Source: Spirogloea muscicola
Taxonomy: Eukaryota
DNA: 64,000 bases
NCBI GenBank assembly: GCA_009602725.1
Contig: WELB01000004.1
Span: 763,277-827,276, forward strand
Direction: 5' to 3'
In this document: piece by piece, positions 14,681-27,500 of the stretch
Position numbering within the stretch: the first letter of the stretch is position 1
Layout of the letters: each line of letters opens with the position of its first letter
Translations under genes and position numbers: made by a program
The notes under the pieces: model-generated
Databases searched by the model: none
Told to the model about the DNA's origin: nothing
What the model saw: the letters and a program-made list of their open reading frames with translations, nothing else

Positions 14681-15872
14681 CCCTCACTCCTTACCTTGAC
14701 ATTGTTGACAAGTGTGTAATGTGCACACAGTCTGTGACGTGCCTCCACGGAAGTTTGAATCCCGTTAGGACTTGCCGTGCTTCTGTATAGCACTGCTTGT
14801 TTTGGGTACTTTGTTGCTTAAAATGGCTGAATGGCTATCTGAGCTGGGTGGAGTGTTGAGCATGATGACCTCAGCGTGCAAGAGGACGGTAAGAAGGTCG
14901 TGAATCTCGGGCGTATTGACTTGGGTCAGCACCTTTGCGGCGGCACTGCCCAGGTAGGACACACTGATTGGCCAATTTCAAAGGACGATCGTGACAACAA
15001 CCGGTGCTGAAGTTACCATGTAATGCTCACCTACTAGTGGCTCATTGGAAGGTACATGATTAATAAGATGATGCACACCCTAAACTATGTTTGAAGCAGT
15101 AGCAACATGTTCGATGCAAGCACCAAACTCAAATTGGAAAGCATTTTTCCACAAGATGCGTTTGTGGATGAGCATCGGCACAGCTAGGCCTTCTATGAAA
15201 CACAGGCTCCTCATGATACACACAATTGACACCTGATATTCACCGACAGATTTCGGATCTCACAACAGCCACGCTTACAATGTACAGTCCTCTGTCTGTC
15301 TCTAAGTACTCGTACTCTTGAGCACTGGGACAACTGTCAGCATATAAGGAGGCCGTGTTGTCTATCCTCACTAACCTCCATGCCCTATTGCAGCCCATGC
15401 ATGCACGTTGTGGTAACAATACCAGGTCACTGAAAGTCAGAAACCACTTGGCCTGCAATAAGGAGGTCCAGAAGAGGCTGGAGGAGGTAATTGCACTCCA
15501 GCCTGGCTGCGCCTCCTTGCTGTCGTAGAACACTCGCTGGCCGACAAACGTTGGTTGGCCATGTATGTGACGTGCATATGCATTACAAAAGCGATACTGA
15601 GATAGTGCAATACCTGGGAGACCCCTGATCGGATGATGAGCAGCCACGCACAACCTGGCTGTGCACTCTTTAGGGTGTGCATTGATGAACTTGCCATCAG
15701 TGGCAGCACAAGTTCATCAACACAGTACACCAGAAATGGTTGTCAACCCCTCCATGATACACAAAGAAGGTAGATCTGAGAAAGACGGACAGAGAATTGG
15801 CCATGCTTGGGTGGAGGCGGGAACCACTTGGGGAAGCTAGGAGCACCGGTCCGGTGGGAGCTGCATCAGCTC

Positions 15873-18800
15873 TCACGATCTACTCTTGCTTTGTCCAGAT
15901 GGAGCAAAATTCAATCTGCAAATCCAAAGGCAGCTATAGCTGAAACCTTCAGCTGGTGAAGCTTGCTAGCATGCAGCACAGAAGAGATCAAGGCTATTGC
16001 AGTGTTGAAATCTGGCTGATGCTTGCACCTGCTCGTACCTGCATGGCGAGGAAGTTCTGCGGGAAAAGCACTGACCTAATCATGGGCTTCTGTTGCAGTA
16101 GAGGCTTTGCTCTGATCGCCACATTTGCTGGGGCTAGATCAGGCAGGGACTGCCAAAAGACAAACGTTAAGTGGGATCACAAGCAATTCACAAGCTCAAT
16201 CAGAGCAACAACCGCAGCACAACACCCTCAACAGACCCAAAGTAACGCAAGCATGGTCTGTGACAAAGTGGTCTCTGGCATGGCAAACTTCATGGTCAAT
16301 ACAAAGTGCTGGAGAGGAGACTCAAGGTGTTGGAGTTCAATTTCAAGCATCAAAATCATCAACACGAAACAGCAACCTCCAGCTCCTTGGTCTCGTAAGG
16401 CGTCACACTGCCTGCAGCAAGAGGCACCGGTTGGACATCCTTATGCCCTCCTGCCCCGTTGCCACCTGCAAGAGGAAGGTTGGGTTTGGCTTCTGGCTGG
16501 CCATCCGGAGGTTCGACCCTGCCAACAATTCCCGAGATTGCTCCATCTCCAACAAGTGTGCTGAACTCCTCCGCTTCACTGGCATAGGAGCCCAATAAAC
16601 CATTGGAAGGCGCAGCACCATCCCCACACTCTTCTCCAAGGCCCAAAGAGGACGACTTCACCAAAGGTGGCACCACAACAACGTCCGAATCCTGCTGGCC
16701 TCCTGACAGATTGTGACCATTGACTGGAGGTGCAGGAACACCAGCGTCTTCCTCCAACTCTGCAGCAGTCTCCTCTGTAGCAGATACCCGCTTTGGCAAC
16801 GGAGCAGGACAGGCCGCAGCATCCCTTGATCGCTTTGGTACTTTGGCGCCTTCACCTCGTGCAGGGCGCACGCCACCTGGGAAAACGTATGATGGTATCT
16901 GCTTCCGCTTCACATGGAGTACCGAGATCTCCATGCCAGGCTTCCAATACTGGTACATCACGACAGCTGCCTTGAACTCTTCCACAGTCGCCCTTATGTC
17001 AAACTGCTGTCCATCCTGCTGCTGCATGTTCGGGTTGCGCTGCAGTCCCATGAAGAAAGCAGTGTGATGCCCAATGTAGGCGGAGTCTGTGAACTCCGAG
17101 GGGTAGGGATGGCACTGAAGCATGCCATATGTGTGCTTCTCGATCTGGAAAGGGACAGCCCGGAACACCATGTTGTAAGGACACCCTAACCACGCGATCT
17201 CAAGGTGAAGCAAATACAGCTGGAAAGCTGTATTTGGCTGAGAGCAATCTCAGTGATAGCAAGTACGACAAAATGGCAGAATGGAAGGGAGGAGAAAGAG
17301 CAAAAGAACAACCCTCAAAGTCAGCTGTCGAAGACGGGACTCCACCCAGCCCTTCCAATTCCGAGCGTCGTCCTCGTCAGCAGCCATGATGTCGATCTGA
17401 AGGTAGTTTTTGTAGGTCTCAAAGAAGGGGTACATCTCGAACAACTCCCCCCAGGGTTCACCAGTCACCTCCAGCCTCTCACATATCTCCTTGCCCCTCG
17501 CAAACTCCTCCTTCATGATGCGTAGGGTGCTCTCCGACACGTTGTAACTCGAGTTCATGCTTGGGTAAGCTGGTGTGATGATGGGCATGAGGTGTGACCG
17601 GTCCCTAGGATTGATTCTTGCATTCCACACTGTCAGCCCGAGTGACCCTTCTTCAATGTGGCACAACATGACGGGCAACGGCCAACGCCACTCTTTGAAC
17701 ACCCGGAAGAAGCGCAGAAGGAGCATGCTAGGGCTGGCATTTGGGTAGAGCTGGCATACACGACCCACTAGCAAAGCCCAGTTGACCCCACCTAAGAAGC
17801 CAGTGACCTGCGCACGTGGATGACATTGGACAAGGAATAGCATCAGCACAGGCGAATGCAGTATCACTGCCCTACTTTTTGTTATGCCATAATAGCCTTC
17901 TGTGTCAGTTGCTTAAAAGAAGCTGCAAAAGATCCCCAAAGCCTATGCTGCTGATCCTGGCCAGATGTCTTCCTCACATTGGAGTAGACGCCACGCTTTT
18001 TGGCCCAGTACTTCATACACCTCAATGTCACTCTGAAATTCTGTGCAGGATACCACACAAACAACTCATCACTTGGGCTTGTCATCATGTGATCCCCATG
18101 ATTGATGATGAGGAAACCAATCACCCATATAGTAGCTGTCAGGTCCTCGTTGGCACCTCGGGATATCAGCAGACCATGAGACGATTATGATGCCTAAAGA
18201 GCATCACTAGAAGTACCAAACCAAGTATGTGTAGGATTCATCAAGAGTGCTGTGCCTCGTCAATTGTGTTACCTCAATGCTTGGCACCAGCCGTAATATC
18301 TGATCTGTGACTCGACACCCATTGAGGCTGCGAACGCTTTGCTCGTCGACATTGTGTAGAATCTCTTCTCCTGACAGATCCAGATCCTGGCAATGTGCAG
18401 TGTCCAACTAAGGTGTGAATCACTCAACCACTTCCTATGAGTGCTCCAATGGCATTGGCGACTCCTCAGAATCTTGCAGACCAGCCTGTCTGTGCTTTTG
18501 CACACCTTAAGCGAACACTCAGACTCTCTAGCTATTAGAGACGAAGCACATGCAGCTGTGGTTCTTTCATCGATGGACAGCCTCGCAGTCTCATCCACAC
18601 GCCCATGCAGCACCGTTTCTACTGTCAACTGGGTAAAGCAGCAGCATTCTGAGGGATGTGTGCAAGTGCTCTTCCTAGAAGAGCTTCTGACTACAATCGG
18701 CAAAACGAGCAGAGCAAGCTCCACAACCTCGTTCTGGATGCACTGAGCAGACCACAGACCTCAGGAATGACCCATAATGCCAAGCGCGCATATAGCAGAT

Positions 18801-20191
18801 CAATGGAGATGTCCTTGAACTTGAACTTCAGAACCGGCACATGTGCGTCGGGTACAGGATGCAGCTCAGTGACCTCAGGTGTCTCCGAGAGCATCCTGCT
18901 CAACTCCCCAAAAAAGTCCTCCTGCGCAGATGCCTTTTCTTAGTAAGCAGACAACCGCCAATAACCACCAAGTGTCAACCCATCAAGTGTCACTGGACTT
19001 GACACGCTGAGAAGAGCGCGCCATCCATTTGTCAAACTTGGACATGGCGACCTACATGATGAAAGTCTGCTCTCTGTCAACCCCTCCCGAACAGAAGAAG
19101 CAACGACTGCATGCCTCCTGGCATGCCGCGCGAAGTGGCTACTATACCTCTCGTGAAGCATGCCGCGGGCCAACGCAGAGAGTGTCAATATCAGCACCTG
19201 GACCATGCACCTGTCGCCCCATTCACGTCCCCAAGAGGCGCCAGAGTGTCAGAAGGAGCATCGTGCTGCTCAAGAGCATGGCACAGGGTGGACAAGCAAC
19301 ATGCAAGGCTCTTCTTCAGCATCAGGATCCACTTCCGCAGCATCTGCACAAGCGTGCAATGCTCATATTGACTGACAGGAATCTGCGTCGATGCCCTGCA
19401 GAATCAGAGCCCACCAGATACGGGAGTGGCGAGCAGGCGCAGGGGCGAGGGCAAAACAGCGGCCAATCTACTGACCCCCAATCTGTAGGAGCCGAACGTG
19501 AAGATCTTGGCATTGGCCTCGGCCACCAGCTGCTCGTTGAAGCCCTTCCCCTCGCTGATCTGCTTGACCCACACCTTGACAATCTGCACAGAGGCCACGG
19601 GCTGGGGCTGGTCATCAGAGAGCTCGACGCTGTGGACAACCCAGATAGCAGCTGCTCAAACGGCTGGTCGTCTGGCCCACTGCCGAGAGACCGCTGCAAG
19701 AGAAGCAGAGGCTGCCCCCACTGGCAGCATCCTGGCGAGAGCACGCTCGGTCTCGGCAGAGGCGTCCAGTGCAGGCACCTGATCCAGACGCCCTAGCACC
19801 TCTTCCCGGCGGACCGCCTCCTCCTCGCTCTCATACAGGCCCGCAGCCTTGAGGAACTGCCCACGGACACGACCGGCCACGCTTTGTCAGCTTCGCTCCA
19901 CGACGGGGCGACGCCCAAAGCGAGGCAACAGCGGGCGATGGCAGCAGCATGCAAGGCCATGGTTGGCAGCAGGTACAGGCTCGTGCGAGCGCCGCAGCCA
20001 TGGGTTGGGATGTAGGCCGCTTGCAGCGAAGCGAGGGCCGGGCGTGAAGCCATGGCGGACAAGGGCCGCGGCGTGGCACAGACCTTCTCGAGGTCCGCGG
20101 AGCGCGCCAGGTCCGACTCCAGCGGGCCGGCCAGCGAGATGGGCTCCGAGATGCCGAGAATCGGGGCAGCGCCGGCGCCCTGCGCCGCCAT
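15873..20191 (-). CDS. PAPS1: Nuclear poly(A) polymerase (PAPS family)
   Basis: Exons read [11 protein letters not shown]..|[129 protein letters not shown], ending [19 protein letters not shown]. The paralog number is uncertain. Confidence 0.93.
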
Positions 20192-20785
20192 GGCGCGGCG
20201 GCGGCGGCGGCGGCGGCCGCGCTGGGCAGCCCGGTGGACATCCTGCCGCAGTACGTCGGCGCCCTGCGGCCCGACCGAGCCGTCCGCTGGCGCGGCACCT
20301 GCTTTGCCGACACCCTGGCCTTCCTCAACCTCACCGCGGGCCCCGGCGGCCGCCGCGGCGCCGCGTCCACCGGCGGCGCCATCATCAACCTCGTGGTATG
20401 CTGCCGCCAACCCACTGCAGTGAGGCAAGGGACCAGTCAGCCTTCCACAGCCAGTCCGTCGAGCCGACGGCAGCTCCCAGGAGTTGCTCAGCGGCCCTCG
20501 GGCGCTGAGCCACCTGAGCTGCTGCCCTGGTGCTCTGCAGCTCGGAGCTGGGCAGAGATCTCCCCACCCAAACGCAAAGCAAGCGCCGATCCTGAGAGCA
20601 GAGCACTCCGTCGCTGCCGTGGCGCGGCTGGTGCACGCCTGCGCAGACGAGCGGCGCCCACAGCTGGACGTGTGTTGATCTCTACCTCTTCGTCACGCCG
20701 TACCGCGTCACGTGGGACTACTACTTCTTCGCCAGCCACCACAAGCTCGCCATCCCCGAGTTCCAGGATGATGCTGAGCTCGACT
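20192..20785 (+). CDS. Conserved plant protein of unclear function (At4g27020/At5g54870-like); partial, runs into a gap
   Basis: VDILPQYVGA..WRGTCF..GGAIINLV|TSGAHSWTCVDLYLFVTPYRVTWDYYFF matches the plant family motif AHSWTCMDLYVFxTPYRVTWD as I recall it. No start codon or downstream exons are visible. Confidence 0.75.
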
Positions 20786-21292
20786 ANNNNNNNNNNNNNN
20801 NNNNNNNNNNNNNNNNNNNNNNNNNNNNNNNNNNNNNNNNNNNNNNNNNNNNNNNNNNNNNNNNNNNNNNNNNNNNNNNNNNNNNNNNNNNNNNNNNNNN
20901 NNNNNNNNNNNNNNNNNNNNNNNNNNNNNNNNNNNNNNNNNNNNNNNNNNNNNNNNNNNNNNNNNNNNNNNNNNNNNNNNNNNNNNNNNNNNNNNNNNNN
21001 NNNNNNNNNNNNNNNNNNNNNNNNNNNNNNNNNNNNNNNNNNNNNNNNNNNNNNNNNNNNNNNNNNNNNNNNNNNNNNNNNNNNNNNNNNNNNNNNNNNN
21101 NNNNNNNNNNNNNNNNNNNNNNNNNNNNNNNNNNNNNNNNNNNNNNNNNNNNNNNNNNNNNNNNNNNNNNNNNNNNNNNNNNNNNNNNNNNNNNNNNNNN
21201 NNNNNNNNNNNNNNNNNNNNNNNNNNNNNNNNNNNNNNNNNNNNNNNNNNNNNNNNNNNNNNNNNNNNNNNNNNNNNNNNNNNNNNNNNNNN

Positions 21293-21625
21293 GGCGCGGT
21301 AGCCGGCGTCGCGCATCAAGCCCGCCAGGGCGTCCCGTAGGAGATTGTGGACGCCCACCACCTCAGGGCCTGTGGGACACCGCAGCATGTGGGTGGCTAG
21401 GTCTCCGCCCTCCGTACGGAAGCCACACTCACACTGAGTTACTCCAATCAGGCAGGTCGGGGGCAGGCCCAGGAACAGCTGGAGAAGCGTCCGGAATGCT
21501 TCAGGGCTGATTTTGAAAGCGTTGTGGATTGCGTGTGTGGTGAGCCAATCCGTTGCCCCAGGCGTTGCGAGCGATGTGAGACGTGCCAGACTCCTTGGAT
21601 TGGTCTTGATATCCGGTAAGGTGGG
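21293..21625 (-). mobile_element. Internal fragment of a CRE-like element (family C; zinc-knuckle region)
   Basis: NPRSLARLTSLATPGATDWL..CECGFRTEGGDLATHMLRCPTGPEVVGVHNLLRD is close to the translation of 58440-58760. Confidence 0.85.
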
Positions 21626-21699
21626 GGGGGAGTGGCCAGCCCAGCTTCTGTGCTGGTGGGGTTGCTTAGCACGCTCACTGTTCCTGCGCACTAAGCACT

Positions 21700-22080
21700 A
21701 AGGTGCTCACTCGTGGGCACTAACGTCACACTACTACTACCTCAGCCACCATAGCATAGGGCTTCGTTGTATGTAGCCCCACGGTCTGCACTCGCTCGAC
21801 CAGTGTACTGGCTTGAATTGGCCTCCCTTTCATGCTCACCGCGCGCCTCCTCTGCCCGGGCAGGTGGCTGCGGCAGTCATCCCGCAGTGAGCATATGAAG
21901 TAGGAAAGAGCTCTTCCACTGCAATGGCTGGGAGAGGCCAGCCCGAAGAAATGTTCAATATTTGAAAGCGCCACTATTCTCTGTGACTTCTGCGAGTGGG
22001 CGCTCAATAGCCTCTAGTCAGCAAGTGCAGATCACAATAACTAGAGGGCGGAAAAGCGTCGCCCTGTCGGAACCACGATA
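21700..22080. mobile_element. Two degenerate CRE-like 3' ends, tail-to-tail (family A on +, family F-like on -)
   Basis: VLTRGH* at 21703-21724 with the family-A tail ggcttgaattggcctccc..gcgcgcc; LLTRGY* on the minus strand at 22003-22025 with gggctggcctctcccagcc. Confidence 0.7.
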
Positions 22081-22297
22081 AACAATAACGAGAAGGGTTG
22101 TAAGTAACAACCAATGCTTGCGGAATGCCAGCATGCTTCAAGCTACCGGCCCAACTTCAACGGCGAGCATCGACCAGGTGGGCCAGGCGGTGGAGGATTT
22201 CTTTTCCCATGTAAGGCAGTGGCTCTGAGAGGCCAGCCCAAAGGAATGTACAAGGTCTGCAAGAGCAGGTCTCCCTTCTGGTAAGACCGAGTCTCAC

Positions 22298-24374
22298 TCA
22301 GGCACCACTGGCTGTTTGCACCTCTCGCAAAGTCAAGTATCCTTGAGACATGGAGAAAATGGCAGCCCACAGATAGTCTCCTTCCTGCAGGGTGCCTTTG
22401 GACTGCTGCAGCTTGTGCAGACCTTCTCCAGCATCTGCACACGGCAAGCATTGCAGTCAACAGCTGGGCAAAAGGGTGCCATTCTCACAAGCGTATGATT
22501 CCCAGTAACGGCCAGCAGGCAGCACTGAGTCTCACAATGCTTCTTATGTAAATGGACCTGACCATCACCTTGAATTGTGTAGGTCACAGCAATCCATCGC
22601 TTATAAATGTACAACAAGCGCGGGCTATCTCCAACCAGCACATCAGAGATTAGCAGCTCACAAGTCCTCGGAGATCCTAGCATGTCACTTCCACACAAAA
22701 CATCAGGATCAGTACAATGTGTGTTGATGCTTGTCAAAATGCCTGCAAAAGGTACATGCTGAAGCTTAAGAACAGGTGTAGGCAGCTTGACCTCGACAAT
22801 GCGGATTGTCAGAAGCAATTTTAGATTTTTGCATACAGAGCAGCCAATTTCATGTAGCGCCACCAGTAGCACCTGATCTGATTGACTGTCTCGTTGAGCA
22901 GCGCCAGCATCTTTGCAAAGCTCATCTCCCTTGGCATTACATGCCCATGCTCTATATCTCTGGACCGAGTTTTTGGTGATTGTATGTGGAAATATTAGCT
23001 ACAGCCTTAACCTTCACACCTTGATCGCTGTGATAAGTCTTTGACACTTGCTGACAAGGAGGTCATAGCATGTGCTCAGCGAGGTTACAAGGTAAGGAGC
23101 TGAAGGACAGCGCTCACTCGCTGCAGTATTCATAGAAGTCATCCACAATAATGAGACTGGGCAGCTGACTGGAAAGGTGCAAGCAAGCCAGGTACTTGCG
23201 CAGTTCTTGCCCATCGCTCAAGTACCTGAATAACCAACGACACGGGCTTACTTTGGGTCTGCATGGCAGAAAATAAGAGCAAGGAGAGCAGGACATAAGC
23301 AGGCTGCATTACATACACAATGTCTGTCCTTATTGCAGGAGAGTTCTGAAGGGTGGCCATCATGGAATGTAGGCCACAATAATGGAGAGTAGGAGAGTCC
23401 CAGTGCAGGGTCTACCTTAAAGCTACTTTCTCATATGCATCAGATTGAATATCTGCACCCTGCAGGTAACAAAGTCAACTGATCAGGCTTAATATGAGTA
23501 TTGAAGATTTTGAGCAGATTAGCAGCTCGTGTGTAGGTAACAAAGTCGACTTATCAGGCTTCATACAATTTCGTAATCCGACTTTTTAGCACAATAGCAG
23601 CTCGTGTGCAGGCTCCTCTGGTTGCTCTTCAATGTCCAACTCCTAAGCTCAGCGTTGTGTCCATGGTGTCATTATCTGCTTTTTGCTGGTATCTCTGTTC
23701 CATCTGGCATGACGTGCAGCAGCTCCAGCTTTTGCTGGGTCTGTGCCAAGAGCTAAGAAGTGCTTGTAACCTGTGCCGCGAAAGTCGCCAAGTGTGGCAC
23801 ATACTCGAAGGTCATGAATCACTGAGCACATTCTTAGCAGGATCTTAGAAGGTAATTAGGACGACCCGGCACTCCTTACTGGCGGTAGGAGGGGTGGGGA
23901 TGCTTCCAGTTTTTGCCGCTTGCAGATGATGACTGCGTTCCCTCCACCATTCTGCAGGCAGACGTTGCAGGCAAAGTTGAATAGCAGAGACGTTTTGCCA
24001 CTGCAGTCATGACAGACGATGCTTGTGAGCTTGTGCTGCTCGCCTGTGGCTTGTAAATCTTTCCAGGTCTTGGCAGAATTCCCTCACAGCTAGTGGTGCA
24101 TGTTCCCGGGTCGACAAGTGCGGACTGCAGCCGACAAGAATACTCGATGGTACAAGCATGCTCCACACCTCCATGCAACAATGGGAGTGAATCCTGTCTG
24201 CTGAATCGACGTGTTGGGTGAGGCGAGCAGGCCAGGGCAGGTGTTGTGGAGAGCACACCTCCGAGGTGGGCCGCAGAGCAGAGAGTGGCGCGAGCGGCCA
24301 GCGTCGGGCAGAGCGTCGAGCTGCGCTCGGAGCGTGCGGTCGAGGGGGCCGGAGAAGAAGAGCGACGGCTTCAT
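22298..24374 (-). CDS. SWSAP1: Small RecA/Rad51-paralog-like P-loop ATPase, SWSAP1-like
   Basis: Spliced MKPSLFF..LLCGPPR|SGKTSLLFNFA (Walker A)..IICKRQKL..|YLSDGQELRKYLACLHL..PSLIIVDDF (Walker B)..LLYIYKRWI..SGA*. The family call is from motif recall. Confidence 0.65.
23461..23612. repeat. Intronic ~72-bp tandem duplication
   Basis: tg(c/t)aggtaacaaagtc..atcaggctt..tagcagctcgtg occurs twice, followed by a third tgcagg. Confidence 0.7.
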
Positions 24375-24549
24375 CTCTCGGGGAGCGGGGGCACGGGACG
24401 GTGGGGCGGGCGCAACAGCAGCGATGAAGGGCGAGCAGGGAGAGTCCCGCGGGGGGGGCGGCGAGGGCGGGAGCTGGCGGAGGAGGCAACCATGGGGGAG
24501 CTGTGCGGTCTGCGACGTCTGGCTGATCTGGGAAATGGACGACGTGAGA

Positions 24550-27500
24550 AGGCGCGCCTCTGCGCTTTGATAAGATAAGGAGGAAGGCGCGCGGTGCGCA
24601 TGAAATTGAAAGGGAGGCTTATTCAAGCCAATACATTGTTCAAAGCAAGGAGGCCATACCAAGCCAATACCGGTGAAAAGCTAGTGCAGCTAAGCGCAAG
24701 CGAATGGGGCCCATAAGCGGAGCCCTATGCCAAGGGAGGCCAAGGTAACAGCGCAACCTGGGTTGAATGTGGGTTGAATTTAGTACCCACAAGTGAGCAC
24801 ATGCACCACCGACTGGCTAGCGTCGCCGCTGTTGAATTCATAGCGCACGCCTGAAGATGCTGAATCGACCTTGCCTGCGGCATATCTTGTTGTTCTTGCA
24901 ACGTCGTGTGTCAGCCTTCTTTGCAGCGAGCTCAGCTTTGAAGTAGAAATCTGAACAAGCATACTTGGAGGCAGAAGGCTTGCAAGTCACCGTCCAGTAC
25001 TCGGGCATAATGGGCGACCTCTACTTGGTGACCAGTGGTCAGTGAGCGGGTTGGCTTAGCAACAGGTGATGTACATCTGTTGACGTACTTGCCATAATGC
25101 TTGGCCTCTCAGGCCCACCATTCCTCTATCCACGCTTTTACCTGCTGAGAGAGCTTCTGGAGCGCCTTGTCCAAGTCCTTTCCCTTTGAGGGAAGGCGGT
25201 CTTCCAAAAGGAATGCGTGTATATTAAGAGATGGGGAGGCCATATGTGGCCAAGTACAAAGGCAAGCACATTGGACAAATGTACGTCACCTGCTGCTAAG
25301 CTGACCCGCTCAGTAACCACGAGTCAGCACATAGAGGTCGCTAGCTGACGCTCGAATACCGGACGGCAATTGACTAGCTCTTGTGCCAGCAGCTAAGGCT
25401 CGACCAGCTTTCTGATGCAGAGCATACGCTTGAGCTCGTTGCAGAAAGGTAAAGGGGGCGATGGCTGTGAATGGTCAGCCTAATTGTCAAAGTATTTGGG
25501 GGCAATGTCTATAAATCAGGAAGTACTGAATGGCCTTACGTCGTGGTCACTTGCTCCCTTGAGTACGATACGCTCTTAGACTCCTGAATCTTCGACACCT
25601 TTACGTCCGCAAGCTACTCTGACTTGCGGCCTTTCAATGGCCTTTCACAGCCATTGCCCCTTACTGTAGAAGAACTAGAGCCTTTTTTATCCTACCATGG
25701 GCTGGCTTTCTACAGCCCTTGCCCGCTTTAAGAGCCGCTGAATCTCCCATTTTGGAATGAATGTTCTGGAACGCCCTTTTTCTCAGACTCTTAGCCTTGG
25801 GCCTTGCTTTCTTTGCCATTCTTTGCACTAGACTTTGCCTGAACGGTTTATCGGCTCGGGTTGGCCTGCCTTTGATCACTTGCATACTGCGCACGGAATA
25901 TGAAGCAGCAACTCTGAAAGGTGGCGAGAGCTTTGAGGGTCAAAGCCCACAGATGACAATCACAGAGGAGTGGGACAGCAGGGTACCCCACAAGCGATAC
26001 TCGACATTAGCCGCTCAGTAACTTCTATGTGCAGCCGCAAGTCGAGTGCTAGCTGGCGGATGTTTACAAAGTTAAAGTTCCCCTGCCAATAGCTGAAGGC
26101 AGCAGAGCCAGGGCACGGCCAGCTCGCAGAGACAGGGCGTGAGCAAAGGACGCTGCAGTGAGACTGAACACAGCAAGCGCGGGAGAGCGGAAGAATAGAA
26201 GAGGCCAGAGAGCCCGTGCCGCTGAAATGAGCCTGATCTTCCCTTGTGCACTATTTCCGGCTGGCCTTTCACACCCCTCGCCCCCGCCTAAACGAGCAAG
26301 CGCGGCCAGATTGACTGGTGGCTGGGAGAAGCCAGCCCAAAAGGAATGGACAAGGTCTGAAGGAGCCGGAGTGCGAATGACTAAGACATCATTAAGGGGG
26401 ACTCTCAGTAACGTCTAGTCAGAAGATGCAAGTCTGAATAGCTAGCTGGCGGAAAGAGGTCGCCCTGACGGAAGCCGTCTAAATTCTAAACCCTAAACCC
26501 TTTGCTTTAGCTGGTGGCTGAAGGGCTTGTCGTTTGCCGTCCGATACTCGGGCATCAGTTAGCGACCTCCACGAGCTGACTCGCGGTCACTAAGTGGGTC
26601 AGCTAAGCTAACCAGTAACCAGTCAGACCTAATCTAAGCTCAGGAGGAGGTGGTGTGCATCTGTCGATGTGCGTGCCGTTGTACTTGGCCACTCAGGCCC
26701 TCCATCACCCAAAACACGCTCCACTCTTTGAGGAAAAAGCCAGTTTCTTTCGGCCGTCGGGAGGCCGCACGTCGCGCAAGCCGGTCGAGGCGGCAGCAAG
26801 CCTTCCTTGGCCTGAACAGAGGTGCACAGGCTTGACGTGGCCGCCCTTGTCATGTCGTGCGCAACGCGCCGCGCCGTCTCTTCTCGTGCAGGCTGAGCGG
26901 CTCCTCACTCGTAAGTACTGAGTGATCCATCCTCCCCCGGTGCTGACATGACATCTTCAGGCCCCTCTGTTGCTAAACGCTTGTCGGCCCCTCCGAACCC
27001 TTGTCAATTCTTTTTGGGCTGGCTATCACAGCCCTTGCCCCCATTTGGAGTGCCACTTCTTTCGCTGAGGAAGAAAATTCGTGTATTTGAAACAAACGAA
27101 GGCCAGATGGCCAAGTACAAAGGCAAGCACATCTAAGACCTATATGACCTACAGCAAATGACCCGCTCAGTAACCGCGGGTCAAAACATGAAGGAGAGAA
27201 GGCGCGCGGGGCGCATGAATGAAGGAGGAAGAGGAGGGGAAGCTGGGCGGGCAGCGTGGCGGGCCTGGCCCCTCGTCGAGGGATTTGGGCCCGAACGTTC
27301 CCCGGCGCGCTGCTGGCCGTCTTTGGCCGTCTCGCTGCAGAGGTCCATGGCCCGTGCGCTGCACCTTCGTGCCGGGAGAGCCCTCGCTGCTGCCTCTGGC
27401 TCTGTCCAGGGGACCCACTTCCAGGACCCTAGCCTCTCTGATTTGCGGCTGCTTAGCAGGGGTTACTGAGTAATTTGTAGCTGCTTTCTTTCTTTGTGTG

